Below, piece by piece: positions 37,052 through 50,433 of a stretch of 64,000 nucleotides of DNA (positions are counted from its first letter, which is position 1; each line of letters opens with the position of its first letter). The stretch spans positions 1,860,001 to 1,924,000 of the forward strand of contig OZ374563.1 of the NCBI GenBank assembly GCA_977862235.1, given 5' to 3'. The DNA comes from Dudresnaya verticillata (Eukaryota). The notes under the pieces are model-generated. The model ran no database searches. It was not told the origin of the DNA and saw only the letters and a list, made by a program, of their open reading frames with translations. The position numbers and the translations under genes were made by a program.

Positions 37052-38499
37052 CCGAGCTAAGCCCCTTGTCTTGAGGCATCGAGCCTGGTAGGGTTAGAAG
37101 CCTACTCCAGCGGCTTAACCGCTTAGTAATAAACTTCGTCTTGTATGCGTAACACACTGCTATGGTAGGCTTCGAGCCTTCACATCCGGTGCCACTTTTC
37201 TTCCTAGTGAGACAGTGGTGCCCCTCCTTGCTCGGGTACCGTGGGACAGTCTATCATTGGCTGACCAATACGCCTCCCTAGCGTCTGTCGCTGCCTGAGA
37301 GCGTGCCAGCAATTTCCACAGTGGTTCTACAGTACATTGCGACGCACTGTAGTGTATTTTGGCGCGAAAGCCGTTAGGGCTGTTAATTGGCCACACCGCT
37401 CCGCCACCTTGCTGTAGCCTTTCTGGCAACTCACGGACTGTGCCCATCGCCACAACCAAGAGGTATTAGTCAGCGGCATCGGCTTCTTCGACCACGTGGC
37501 TTCCAGGATTCTCAGCGTCAATACGCTTGGCGCTTACTCCTCCCTATCAATGGTGTCTTACGCGGTTCCACACCTCCCCAGCAGATGGGGGAGTTGGAGT
37601 ATCAAAACGCATCAGTCTAGGATGTGGCGTATTTGTGCCATACACCCTCACTGGGTTTGACGCGAACGCCCTTTTTGTGGGAGGTAGTTGGATCCTCCTC
37701 GTGCTAATGTCCCGTCCATATTGTAGCGTATCGCTTTTGGGCAGTCCAGCCGCCCTCAAGCGTCATAGTGCTGGAAGTTATAATTGTAATAAATTATCAG
37801 TTGGCCATCGCCACTGTTCCTCACCGGCACCGAGGGGAGAGTGGTCGCCATAGCTTTTGCCTTTTCAGGATTGAGTCCTTGAGGTAGCCATGTTCCGGCC
37901 ACTCTGCCCAACAATAGTCTCTGTGCTCGAGGTTAGTCTCAACCTGAATCCGGTCTTGAGCCAGGTTGATAACCTTATGCATATCGTTAGTCGCTGTACA
38001 CGGTTCCCCTCTAACGTAGGATCAACTCCTAGCTCTGAAGCGCCCGCTCGCTTTCGCAGAACTCATCTTTCTGAGTTCACCTCTTGATTACATCTATCCA
38101 TTTCTATGCATCCATCCAGGATCCAATCCTTCTAACGTCTATCCATGAGATACATCTATCCAGAGTCTTGACTCTTCTTTCATCTATCCATTTCCACATC
38201 TATCCAGAGTCTTGACTCTTCTGTAGCCATCGACATTGGTTCATCTTCTTGAGAGGCTAACCCCTACTTCCGGGTTCGGTAATCGGCGAAAGCCGACCTT
38301 AGCTCATAGGCCGCGTTCGTATTTGCGCGAGGACGTCGGCTTCGGAATCCAGAACCAAGTTCTACCTTAACTCATATGAGGTGAGTCTAACAGTCGGGAG
38401 ATCCGACTTCATACAGCCCAACTGCTGTTTTGGGTTGGGTGTGCCCGCTTGAGACCACTCATAGGCCCGGTGCCTTGTTCAACGCGCGTATTTGCCTTG

Positions 38500-41400
38500 C
38501 TAATTATCAGGGAAAGGTATCCCTTTTTGGCGGTGATACCTTGCAACTAAATTGTGAGGGAGATGCCCCTTTGGCTCCCATGTGCCCTTTGAGGCCGGGC
38601 TATGGAACCACCGCACACGATAGAGATGTGTGTCGGGGTCGTATGAAACGATCCTTTCGTACACGTGTTCGCGTGGTGGCGCCTTCTTGAAGCGCGAAAA
38701 TTTGCGGCTTGACGTCCCTTCCGCCACTGTCGGTGCAGACGGTGGCGCGTCCACTTCATCGTCCATAGGAGAATTCTCCTGGGTTTGTGACATAACAGGC
38801 GCCGGCTGGGCACCGCTAGGTTGCCCATCCCCAAGTGTGCCGGCCGGTGTCTCGGCTTCAGCACCAGGTGCTTCGGGATGTGCCGGTTCATTACCGCCTG
38901 ATGCGGTGTTCATCGGGGGCCCAGTGTTGTTTGTGTTGGGCCCGTCGGTTGGCCCAGTTGGGCTACTTGAAAGTGCCGCACCTGTCTCCGGTGGCATTTC
39001 CACTACCGTGGGACTCATATCTAGTGCCAGTGGCGCTTCGTGTGGCGATGGAGCCAAATTGACTCGGTCCGAAGAGATTGTTTCTCTGTCGCCCTTGATG
39101 TCGAGAACCACCACATGGGTTCCTCTCTCGAGAACCTAATATGACCCAAGGGCTTTCGGGAACAGTTTCCCTTCCCTCGCCACACCTGAAGCGTCCTTCA
39201 CTTTGGTTTCCCGTTCGAGGAATACCCATGACCCAGGACGTACCCTTTGGTTAGCCGGTCGAATGAGGTTATTAAAGTTGGTTTCATAGCGCTTTTGCGC
39301 TAGTTGCATCCTCGGCAGAGCCGTATCCATGAGCTTTTCCAGCCGAGCGGTTAGGCGCTTCTTGACGTTTGTAGCGGGTATCCCATCAATGTCTACCGTT
39401 TCCGCTTGTTCCAATAGTAGGAAAGTCGGCGAATTTGACAAAACCAAGTCAAAAGGGGCTAACCCTGTAGCGCGATGCACTGTCGTATTGTAAGCGTATG
39501 TGAGCGCTGAGGTGAACTCGTCCCAGTCCCTCTGGTCTTCCGCTATGAAGTGAAGGCCCGCTAGGATGGTGCGGTTGAACCTCTCTGTTTGCCCATTAGT
39601 TTGGGGATGATATGTCGACGTGAACATATTCCGAATCCGTAGGATATCGCACACGGCGAGGAAGAACTTAGAGGCAAATTGAGACCCATTGTCTGAAAGG
39701 ACGTAACGGGGCGGTCCATAGATAAAGACCCAATGGTCGCAAAACGCCTTCGCCACTGTATTGGCGGTTACCGTTTTCATCGGTATCGCTCGCGTCAGCT
39801 TTGAGAAGCGGTCCGTCATAACCAACAGGAACTCGTTTCCCTTCCCAGAGCGGGGTAACGGGCCCAGGATATCGATTCCTACAAACTCCAACGGCATGGT
39901 CGCCGGGAAGAGTTTCATATGCGGAGCATGTTTCCGGAACTTCACCCGCTCTTGCGCGCATTTGACACAATTACGCACTGTGGCGTACACATCCAATGCC
40001 ATCTCTGGCCAATATACCTGTCTTCGCAGGTTATGATATATCCGGGTTCCACCTGGGTGTCCCGCCATCTCGGGGTAGTGGGCTAGGTGTAACGCCCTTT
40101 CGTTAAGAGAACTAGGTATGAGAACCTGTATCGCCTTGTCGATATACTACTTCCGGACTAGGCGTCCTCGTTCGTCCTCGAGATAACAACCAGGCTTCCC
40201 GGCCTCGAGGTTCCTTCGGACCCAGATACAGAATTCATCTGTTTTCTGCTCACGGAGCAACTCTTCTGTGGTGATGAGGGATAGTCTCTTTTGTCCAGAT
40301 TCCTTCTCGGCCACTTGGGCGATGAACATTTCGTCATCCGAATCGGACTCATCGACGGGTTCGATTTCCCACGCTTCCAATGGTCGCGTGTTGGGCTCTG
40401 GTCGCGACCTTTCGCAGAGTTCGTCCCTCGGATCAGTCTCGAGGACTAGACACGGGATCTCCAGGTCCGGTTCCCATGGCGTGAAGCCATACGTGGGCAA
40501 CCGAGATACGGCATCAGCAATCTGATTCTTTTTGCCTTTTCGGTACTGGACCGTGAAGTCGTATTCCAGGAGGCGTAATCTCCAACGGGCCAACCGTCCC
40601 GAAGCATCTGTCATGCTCATCATCCATTTCAGCGCTTGATGGTCTGTATACAGGTCAAAGTGGGACCTTTCTAGATAGGGTCTGAGCAATTGTGCCGCCC
40701 AGATCACTGCGAGGCACTCTTTTTCGCCTACAGAATAATTCTTCTCTGCCTTCGTCAGTCCTCGGCTCCAGAAGCCTATCGGGTGTCGAGTCCCGTCTTC
40801 TTCGGCTTGCATCAGCGCGCAACCAATTTGGTAGTCACACGCGTCGGTATCCACCGATAGCGCCTTACCCTCTTGTGGCAACCTAAGAATAGGAGGCGCT
40901 ATTAGAGCTGTCTTCAACAATCCGAACGTCTCGCGTTGACGTTCATTGAACTGCGGTAGTTCAAAGCCCACTTCCTTCTGTAGGAGGGCATTGAGCGGAG
41001 CTGCCACACGAGCGCAGTTAGGCACGAATCGCCTGTAGACGTTGCATAGACCGATGAAAGACCGCAACTGGGTCTGGGTGGTCGGCTCCTTGAAACCTTC
41101 GATGGCTTGCGTATTCTTAGTCGCCACTTCTAATAAACCCGGACGGATGACGTGCCCTAAGTAATCGACACTCTTTGTGAAGAAGTTACACTTCTTAAGT
41201 TTCAAGGAGACCCCTGCTTCTTGTAATACAGAGAGAATCTCTCTTACGTGCGTGATATGCTCGTCAACAGTCGCAGAGAATACGATAATATCGTCGAGGT
41301 ATACGAGGCACGATTTCTATCGAAATACTGATAAGAGGATGTCAACCGTTCGTTGAAAGGTCGCCGGAGCGTTGCATAGCCCAAAGGGCATCCTGCAGAA

Positions 41401-43030
41401 TTGGAAGCAGCCCGCGTGGCATGTAAAAGCAGTCTTATGCTTATCCTCCGGGGAAACCGGAATCTGCCAGTAGCCTGAGTTGCAGTCCAAGGTTGTAAAA
41501 TATTGGGCCTCGCCCAGGGAGTCCAAACAGTCGTCCATGCGCGGCAGAGGATACGTATCCTTCACTGTAATTGCGTTTAGTTTGCGATAGTCAACGCAAA
41601 AGCGGAGGGACCCGTCGGGCTTCTTAACCAAAACGACGGGGCTCGCAAACCCAGAGTGTGCAGGCTCTATAAAGCCTTCTTTGAGCATTTTGTCGACCTC
41701 ATCCTGTTCTGCTTGGCGGGCTTTAGGGCCCGACCGGTAAGGTTTCGTAAACACAGGTTTCGAACCTTCTTGAAGGTCATTACGGTGTTCGGTCACCTTG
41801 ATGGTGCCGAGTTGTCCGTCCCACATACCGGCGAACGGTTTCAGCATTTTGCGTACGCGACGCCGATCCGAAGTGGACAGGTGTGCCAGCGCGAGGTCAT
41901 CGACCGTAATAGCGGTTGTCGCTGATGTCGCGATTTTGATTCCAGGCTTAGAGTCTATATCCGTCTTCAGAGCAGCAGCAAGACCCGCCCCCTACATCGG
42001 AGAATGTTTCGGACGAGGGAAGCGAGTCACTGTCAGGAACATTATCCTCGATGGAGACAGTGTAGACCGGCGTCTGCGTGGGCGCCGGTACAGCCTTGCC
42101 AAGGATTTGATTCTTGGAAAGCCGTTGAGGACGCGAAGAGAAGTTCGCGACCTTGAGGTGGAAGAGAGGGTTCTCTTGAATGTTGACGATTCCATTCGTC
42201 AAAACGACTTGACGGCGTTCGTATAAGCGTGGAAGGGATTCCAGGAAATGTGTTCCTTTGGCGGAACAGGTAACAGGAACCCATGACTCACTGCCGGGCA
42301 GTAACTTAGTAGTTTGTGCGACGCGAAGGAGTTGCGAGTTAGGTAACGGGGGAACGTCCATTGGTTCGTCAGACCTGCCCTCACGGGGTATACCGCATAG
42401 GCGGCGTAGAATTGGGTGAATGGACCCGTCGCGAAGAACTATGTTCTGTTGGCGGACGCATAACCCTTCCACGTGGGTATCGATAAACGTGCAACCCAAT
42501 ATGGCATCTACTGCCAATGCCCTTACGACAACAAAAGGTTGCCGAACCGTGTAGGATCCGAGCCTGATTATGAGGGAGACTGTTCCCAGTGTAGTTAGTC
42601 GGTGACTTGACGCGGAGGTCAAGTTCACAATTGACCGCGTTGTAGAAATCCGTTTCTTGTCTTTCGGTGATAGAACATCCGCGCGGATGAGATTAGGGCC
42701 TGCCCCTGTATCCAGTACGGAGAGCACACGAGTAAGATCGGCAACAGAAGTCCCGATGGACGCAGCTACTTTATAGTTGTAGCGCGACAAGGAGCAAACG
42801 GGATCCTTACAATACTCATGATACTTCCGTCCAGGGGGTAAGCCCACGGGACGCGCTAAGATCTTCTTGGGAAGAGAAGTGACAGATTCACTGACAACCG
42901 GTCGATCCGTTGAGGAGAAGCTTCCGAAGCTGTATCTCGAGGAGCTTGATTCAACGTACCGATCGGGGGGTTCCGATGGCACCTGAGATATGTGGTGTAT
43001 CGAAACCGGTTCCCCCCTCGCTAGTTTTTT
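38500..43030 (-). pseudogene. pol of element C: PR, RT, RH, IN and chromodomain, with several stops and a frameshift
   Basis: VLDTGAGPNLI, YLDDII (about 41285-41302), DTDACDYQIG, GHPGG..CVKC, SDNGSQF, YHPQTNGQTER, and chromodomain YERIVSY..YRVRW..TWEP. Confidence 0.92.
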
Positions 43031-45135
43031 GCCTTCATTGCGGGCGACCGCGGTAGCGGTGGAGGTGGTGGAAAGGGACGAGGCCCTTGGCGTGGTGACC
43101 TTGGCGTTTGCCTCGGAGCCTCGATGGGGTGGTTCAGTCGAGGTTGAAATTGAACCTGCCGATTTCCCCCTTGACTTGCGCCCAAATTTTGACGGGGATC
43201 CATCCGTTGCCCTATGGGCGGCCCGGCGGGCACTCGCTCGTTAGCGAACTCCGGCATTCGACCAACAGTCGCCAGCCACGCTTTTTGCTCGTTTGATAGT
43301 TGATGAAACTGTCTTCTTTTTAAAGTCTCAAAAGACTGCTCATCGGTTCGAGCTAAATGTGGACAGTTGGGCTTTTTATGGCCAGTGCCGTAGCATTCGA
43401 AGCAGATATCATTGGGTTGGTCTTCAACCGTCACCCACCCAGGGCGTTGTGTCCTGGTTGGCTGTGCCCAGGCTGGGAGCCTATTATTGTAGTTCTGCAG
43501 TACCGCGTCAACTTCACCGTGATACGGTTGGTCGTAGTAATATGTGTCGACCACGAATCCGATTGGATCGCTGTTGATGGTGGCGCTTCGTTAGCGATGG
43601 CAGCCACGACTGCGTCTTCGCTTTCCGCATCAGAGCCGCTGCTCTTTGAAGTATCCGAATCGGAGGCGGATGCATCCTTCCCCTGGCGAATTAGGAGCGC
43701 CCGTCCTGACTTGTGGGTACGAACCTTCTTCAAGGTCTTCCTTGGTAGCGTCCTATTCGCTTTTGGCGTTCGTCCGCCACCTACTAGCGCCCGATGGGAA
43801 TCTCCCTGTGCAGTCGCAAGCTCGACGTAATCCGCCAGTCTGGCAGTCCTTGGATCCAAGGACGACGTACTTAAAAGCGGCTTCACCGCTGGTAGCAAAC
43901 CCCGAATAAACCTGGTTATCAAATCTTGTTCGGTGTATACACCAGCGACTCGACGCGCTTTGTTCTGCAACCTTCTCGAAAAGGTCACTTCGTCCTCATC
44001 GGGCTCCTGTGCCATTGTGTCCATCTCAGAGGCAATCCTCTCAATATAGACGTCCTTGGCATATGTTCGAAGAAGGTAATTCACGGCTTCGGGCCATTCG
44101 GTGAAACCACCATTGTCGTCACCCGCAGCGTCAAAATTCGCTTCAAACATATCCTTCGCATCCTTCTCGAGGAACTCGGGGATGACGAGGATAGCGGCAC
44201 CTTCGCTGATATGAGCTTGATCGAGCTGCCTCTTCACCGTGGCTAAGAAGCCAATAATTGACACCGGGTCACTCCCGTCAAAACGGCGACTCCGCATAAC
44301 GGACTTGACACGTTTGATTTTCTTCGTGGTCGTCTCGGTCACCTCGGGCCCGCGGTAATCATCCAGGTTCAATAGCCTATATCTTCTATAGGATAGCACC
44401 TATATGAAGGCGGGATTCCTAGGAGTCAGCTCCTTAACATCGGAACGTCGGGGACCCCTCCAGGAAGACCACGAAGGTCTGGTGTGCGAACGGGAACCCG
44501 GTCCTTCTGCATCCGATGGACCTGGATTAGGGTGAGACCCTGACCGAGGATTCTCTTCGTGACGATGATTCGAATATCGGTCACGATGAGAATCCACTTG
44601 CTCGCGGTGCGCGGAAGACCCAATTGGTCTGGTGCACTGGCAACCCTGTTGGCAACGGCCTCCATCCCCTTCACCTCGGGACCGACTGTCCGACCCCCTA
44701 TGGGGTAGCCTCCTACGCCTGTCGCGCGTGCCGCGAGGAACCGGTGAGCGTCGTCTCATGACTTCAGGGACAGTGTCCCTTTCGCGGATTACGCGCCGCA
44801 TCTGTAATTCCAGAAAAGCGACACAACGCTTCTCCTCATCGAGTTCTTTCCTTAGGACCTCGATGGCTCTGTCCTGTTCAACGCACCGTGCGTTGTCTAC
44901 GTTAAATTGAACGTCCGCAATAGCCATTGCGGCTTCTGTCCTGGAAAGGTCGGCAGCCTTCGTGGCTTCATCTAATTCAAGATGAACCGATTCCAACTGG
45001 TCCCCCATTGAGTCCACTTGGGCTTGTAGGGTCTCGACCCTTTCCTCTTCTAAACCCCTCAAGGGGCGTTTTTGGCAACGAGAAGTGACCATGTCTTGGC
45101 ACTTAGCCAGTAGCTGGTCGTCTCGACGAGCGGTC
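43021..45135 (-). pseudogene. gag of element C, 5'-deleted and fused to the truncated 5' LTR
   Basis: FDGSDPVSIIGFL and CFECYGTGHKKPNC (CCHC). Homology to the gag fragment at 56.9 kb stops abruptly at the LTR junction near 45135; no PBS remains. Confidence 0.8.
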
Positions 45136-45136
45136 C

Positions 45137-45620
45137 CCAGCTCGCACAGAGCAACCGTCGTGTGGAGGCAAGGCTCGTAAAGCACCTGAAAGGGAGGTTA
45201 CGGTGAGTCCGTGAATCCCAGAAAAAGGGTAAAGACCCGAAACCCACCGTGGGTTCTATTCAGGAGGCCCCTGCTACTCAGGGGCCTATTAAGTATAGAG
45301 AGCCGAAAATGCTCTTACCTCCTATGAGCTATTCTAAGCTATTCTAGCTGTAATTATTTATCTAATTGTTCTGTTGTCAGTTATAAATACGGATTAGTGG
45401 TAGTACCGCGTCGGGCCGCGTGAGCGGCCACAATTAATTACCCAATGGCAATTCGCCTTCAAATGTGGTGCCGGCAAGGACGCCAGCGAGGCGCATCGCC
45501 CTTACAGCGCACAGTGCTTGTGCGCGCCTTACAGCTTGATGCGCGTGGGCGTCTTACACCTTAATGCGCACAAATGACTTACAGTGCGCCAGCACTTCTG
45601 CTGCGGCTCATTCTTCCACA
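45137..45620 (-). repeat. Truncated 5' LTR of element C
   Basis: Matches the split 3' LTR pieces; starts TGTGGAAG on the minus strand at 45620. Confidence 0.88.
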
Positions 45621-48251
45621 CTTAGGGTAATGTAGTATAGACGTCGGGTCGATCCGAAGTCTGATACTAGCTGGTCCGAAACCGCCACACAGACCCGTCG
45701 ATGGGTAGCTGTTGGCGTTGGTAGAGCGGTGTCGGCCGCGAACACAGATTTCCGGGTTTTCAGAATCTGTGTTCCGAATCAGTCGGAAAAAAATGTTAAT
45801 GGAATGAATATTTCTATATTGCGTTGGACTGGGGAGGGGGAGCTGAGAAGAATGGTGGAATCAGTTTTGGGATAGCATGCACGGTTGCGGAGTTACAGCA
45901 TGCCGCATATACGGGTAAATGTCCCCGAAACTTTCGTGAAAGTTTCGAAACTTTCGGAATTTCCGAATTAAAATTTATCCAGAAATTGAACTGCCGCCTG
46001 CTGCCCTCCCGGGCGCGCCTGGCAGCGCACCGACGCTCGTGCTTCAGCACGCTTGGCCCCGCCCGCCGCATCTCCGCCCCGCCCTGAGCTGTGTTCAAGG
46101 GCGCAGTGTCGCCCCGCACGACTGGTACTGCTTGGCCTCCAGGGTAAATCTGGAGTATCCCAGTCGTGCGCGGCGCTCACGCACTCACGTGCTGGTACCA
46201 GTACCACCCCTTCCCATGCCCATCATTCCACTCCAAGGTCCACTGCGGCGCGCTCCTCGCGCAGCACCTCCTCCCCGCATGCCATATCGCATCGGGTATC
46301 AACCCCAACACGCCCCGCCGCTGCCAATATCCCCACCTCGCCGCGCCTCTGCGAATAGGCGGCTCCCTCTTGTATCTACCACCCGCCCTCACTGCGACCT
46401 CCAGTCGCGCCGCCATGCGCGCCAGCGAGTCCACCAGTCCGAAGACTATGCCATCATGACCACGCGTGAACGGCAGGCTTCCCCGGCTGTGCAGAACGCC
46501 ACATCTTGGATTTTCATCACTATGGACCGCTCAAGTGCGGCACTGCTGCTGGCTATGTGCCATGGGATGCCTTTTTGCGTTGCGTCCCGTTTATCGGACC
46601 AGTTGCGGGTGTCCCGGGCGCATAATTTGTGCTGGATGAGCTCATACGTGAGCAGGTCGGGCGTGATGTAGGGTACGAGGCGTCAGCAGCCTTCCAGGAC
46701 TGCACACAGAACGGCTCCACCTGTTCAGAGCGACAGATAACCAGACGTCTCCAGAAGAAGCGACGAAGCGCAGTCAAGCCGTTGCAGCGGGCTTGCGCCT
46801 GCGACGACCTTTTCAGTGCATGGGTAGTGCCAATAGTGATGGTGCAAGTCACAAGATACGTCGTTTCACAGTGATCTGTTTCCTAACTTGGTAAATCTCT
46901 ACCTTAGCCGGAGGTACCAGGTCTTTTTTCCGCGGTTGGCAGGAATCGTTATGTCGTAAGGTTAGGGGCCGTCGCAGATGTGCCCACGACAGAGATACCT
47001 GCCTTGATGCGCGCACGCATCTGTCATGGGCCTCTTCAAGTACATCTAAACTTTGAGGAGAAGGCAGCCATTAATGGGGTATATGTTCTTCGCTGGGAAG
47101 AGAATGTGGGAGCAGGTTCAACCTTCCGAAATTTTCGCCAAGGGCGTGAAGCGGATCCGGCAAGACCCAACCCTATCCCAATACGCGGGTATGCTCATGC
47201 GGCAATTCACAGAAAGGCAGTGGCTGCTTTTGTTCAGCCTTCTCGAATTCATAAAGCAGCAGAAGCGCAACAACTGGGCTCATATTACGGGGGAAATCGT
47301 AGCTGCCCACAAACTCCGCGTACAGTTGGGCTTTTGTAGCTCGCGTCAAGTGATACACTAGTTACAACCACAGCAGTCTCATGTGTCGGAGCTTAGCGTC
47401 AGTTCGGATACTGCAGCCGAAACCGTCATGGTTGGTCGGGAAACATCAGAGATTCGCATCCTTACTTACGCACGCAACACAGACTCATTCGGAACGAGTC
47501 ATCTACGCCACTTCTGTCAGTCGCGGCACATACCACTACTACCCGTTTCCCATGGCTGAGGAGAGCAACAAAGAAACAGGTTTCCATGACCTTGCTGCTC
47601 TTCTGGCATGCCGAGCGGAATACCCAACTACTCAACTGGTACGCAGACACAGCTGTGTTGGAAATTTTATTGTGCGTCACTATTGCAGCGAACGGCCTAG
47701 TACACTACGTCCCAGCGTCCCTCTTCTTCTTGCAGGCAGCATGGATTGGGGAGACTACATGCAAACGGCTTGGACTCGCGATGGGACACACGGAGTCGGA
47801 GGATGCGAAGCGACGCCGAGCCAATCTTCTCGCATTTGCTGCGCAAGCTCATGATACAATCGCCGCAGCTCAGAATGTTCTTGGGAGGTTGAACAGAGAG
47901 CTTGGGAAAGTGCAGTGCTTATTCCTTTGGGGTTCTGGAGAATGGCAAAGCCGGGGTGCAGTCGGGGTGCTAGGATGTGCAGGCCTCATTTTGCTTGCAA
48001 TTCCATCGCAGACGCTGTTTTGTTGTTCTTATTCTTCATGTTCTTTAAGCACTTCCTGCCCCCTACCAGTCGGCAATTGAAATATTGGCAGGCTTTCCAT
48101 CCCTTCGTGGATAGAATCGCGACTGAAGACAATCGAGAAAGGAGTTCATTAAAGACATAAGGTTGACTTCCCATTCTGTCTCAGTAAATTTACTCAACCC
48201 CGTTTTCTACTCTATCTATTCATTGCTATCACTGACATTCTCTCTACACGA

Positions 48252-48560
48252 TTAAATCCTCTTCTTCTTCTTCGCTGCTAAGGGGTTCGTGCAGCTCCAC
48301 AGTTCCGCGGACACCGAACAGACAGCTCTGGCGACAGCTGTCCTAACCGCCGTCGCTTCCCGCCTCAAGTGGCGGTAGCAGTGCATGAGGAATTCGAATT
48401 CCTCCATGCACTCGCGAGCCTCGCTTAAACAGCGCTTGACGATGTCGTGCTGGGCGCGAACATCGATGCGAAGTAGTACCACTTCTTCGTAGGCTTGTCG
48501 GATTGAATTGCGGTTCATGGTCGATGTTGGCTGTGCACGGGGAGGGAGGTCGACTTCCAT
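48252..48560 (-). CDS. Small helical orphan protein with C-terminal KKKKR
   Basis: ATG-initiated 102-aa ORF with amphipathic composition; no recognised family. Confidence 0.35.
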   Translation of the reverse strand: MEVDLPPRAQPTSTMNRNSIRQAYEEVVLLRIDVRAQHDIVKRCLSEARECMEEFEFLMHCYRHLRREATAVRTAVARAVCSVSAELWSCTNPLAAKKKKRI

Positions 48561-49066
48561 CTTTAATACTGTGGACTGTGGACTGCCGCAGACAAAGCCG
48601 GTCGCCTGGTGCGGTGGGAACCAGTACCTGAGCAGGGGTGGGGGGCGTCAAGTCAGCAGATAAGTGCTAACAGTAATGGAATGCCTTTGCTGCTCATCTA
48701 CACGAGACGTCCAAGTCCTGCCATTCGCTTTGCCCTTCGCTAAAGGCAATGTTTCATTGCGCCAATGCCTCGGTCTGTGCACCCTGCACCAGAATATGCA
48801 TGCGTTGGACGTCCTCGTGAAGGAATCGGGCATGCTCGTATGTCACTGTGATGTCGTCACAGTTCATTTCTGGGGATGCAGATACCTCATACTAGGTAAA
48901 AGTTGGACAATGCAGTGGAAGAGGATTTCTGGGAGCCTTTAATATCTGGGAAGAGGAAAAGAACCCCTGATATCTCAAAACAAGGAAACGACAGACTACC
49001 CAATCGTTACTACCTTTTTTCTTGGTGTTAGTAGTAGTACTGCTGCCAATACCTTCACGGAGCGCC

Positions 49067-49630
49067 TCATTCGTACATTCGAGTCAAATTGTTGACCTGA
49101 ACTGTGAGATGCCTGACTTGCAGCAACCGGATCTCCCTTGCGGTGTTTTCATTCATCTCTACATATCTGGTCTTGATTAATAGACGGCAGAACCGGTCCA
49201 AATGAAAAACCTCTTCTCCAGCCCTGTGGACTGTCTCAGATGTATAAGATTCCAGTAACAGAGCATTTTCCCCTGCATAGCTTCCCTCCTTCACCATTCG
49301 GACTTTTCGGCGTAGTAGGCGATACAATTCGCTAAGACTCCTTGTCTCGTGTCTGTGGTTTCGCGCTTCAGCGTGCGACAGATTCTGGCAGAAACGTTGA
49401 AAAGCTTCACTGTCCCTGCCCTCGACCAGTTCGATGCCTGATTCACTCAAAGCTTCGTGAGCCCACTGCCTCGACTTTCGGGCCATCTTCATGGACAAAC
49501 TCCCGTCAAGCGTTTTGAACATGGCATCAAGGCGATCCTCAATTGACTCGTCCTGGCATTTTCCATCGAATGGTGCCCCGTCGCGATCCACGCTAACAAT
49601 AGACATGGTTGGTGAAATGTTTGGTTGCAT
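49067..49630 (-). CDS. Orphan protein (about 187 aa)
   Basis: Protein-like composition from MQPNIS; no recognised family. Confidence 0.45.
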   Translation of the reverse strand: MQPNISPTMSIVSVDRDGAPFDGKCQDESIEDRLDAMFKTLDGSLSMKMARKSRQWAHEALSESGIELVEGRDSEAFQRFCQNLSHAEARNHRHETRSLSELYRLLRRKVRMVKEGSYAGENALLLESYTSETVHRAGEEVFHLDRFCRLLIKTRYVEMNENTAREIRLLQVRHLTVQVNNLTRMYE

Positions 49631-50433
49631 AGACGAGGAGCGCTTTGTGCAACATGCAGCAGTATCCTTGCTGTAGCAACTATGTTTTATATGACCCGTA
49701 AATCCATGTCCACGATTTTTCTGCACAAGAATGTTACGAGGAGCAAACGGACCGCAACAGTTGCGATGTTGTATTGGCGGGAAGTGCTCTGTGTCTGACG
49801 CACACGTTATTATAGTATTACGGATGTTGTTGGATGACGAACACGGGTTAGAAAATGGAATACTATGCGCAGTTACGCCACTGTACGGTTTTAACGGAGC
49901 GGGGTCTCTTAGGGACAAATAGGGGTCGAGACGCTTGACCGTATTAACGTTATGCCTGTACGGTTCCTATTGTACACCATGACCATGGATGGCGCTGAGG
50001 CCCTCACGAATTATTTTTATAGCAGGAAGTGTCTGCTGAATCAGCAGGGGTCGTTGGGGTCGTTCCCGGTTTATCTGCACAGCTCAATACCACGCGTAAA
50101 TTATGATGTCACCTGACTAATAACGTAATATACTAATCAAACTGTTACGAAGACGACGGAAATTGAGCCACAATACGACGATGCTAGTACATAAACTGAT
50201 CCCGTCACCCTGCTGTAATCCGTCAGAGGATCCAGAGACTGTCGTCCGAGTAGTAGACGTACTCGTCGCCATGAAACAAAATTGTCCTATACTGTTCCGT
50301 ATGATGAACGCAGTCGTTCTAGTACAGGAGCAGTGAAATATTGAATGTGATAGTAGTCAGAAATGGTTGGGTTGTACACTCCCACTATTAGGACACAGGA
50401 AATTGAACTTTATCAAACTGTTGGCTAACGCCA

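Larger units (their letters stand above)
13280..45620 (-). mobile_element. Ty3/Gypsy chromovirus 'C' (outer, older element), with its 3' LTR split by nested insertions
   Basis: The 5' LTR remnant 45137-45620 matches 27150-27247 + 28163-28421 + 34301-34427. PPT-like GAGGGGG lies on the minus strand just inside 34428. gag-PR-RT-RH-IN-CHD is on the minus strand. The 3' LTR is extended to 13280 (TGTGG) by removing TSD-bounded inserts. Flanks CTCGG/CTTAG could be a TSD decayed at the CpG. Confidence 0.8.

Noticed and set aside
46450..48160. Possible decayed plus-strand gene
   Set aside because: Fragments look protein-like but contain many stops and frameshifts and no recognisable motif, so no call is supportable.
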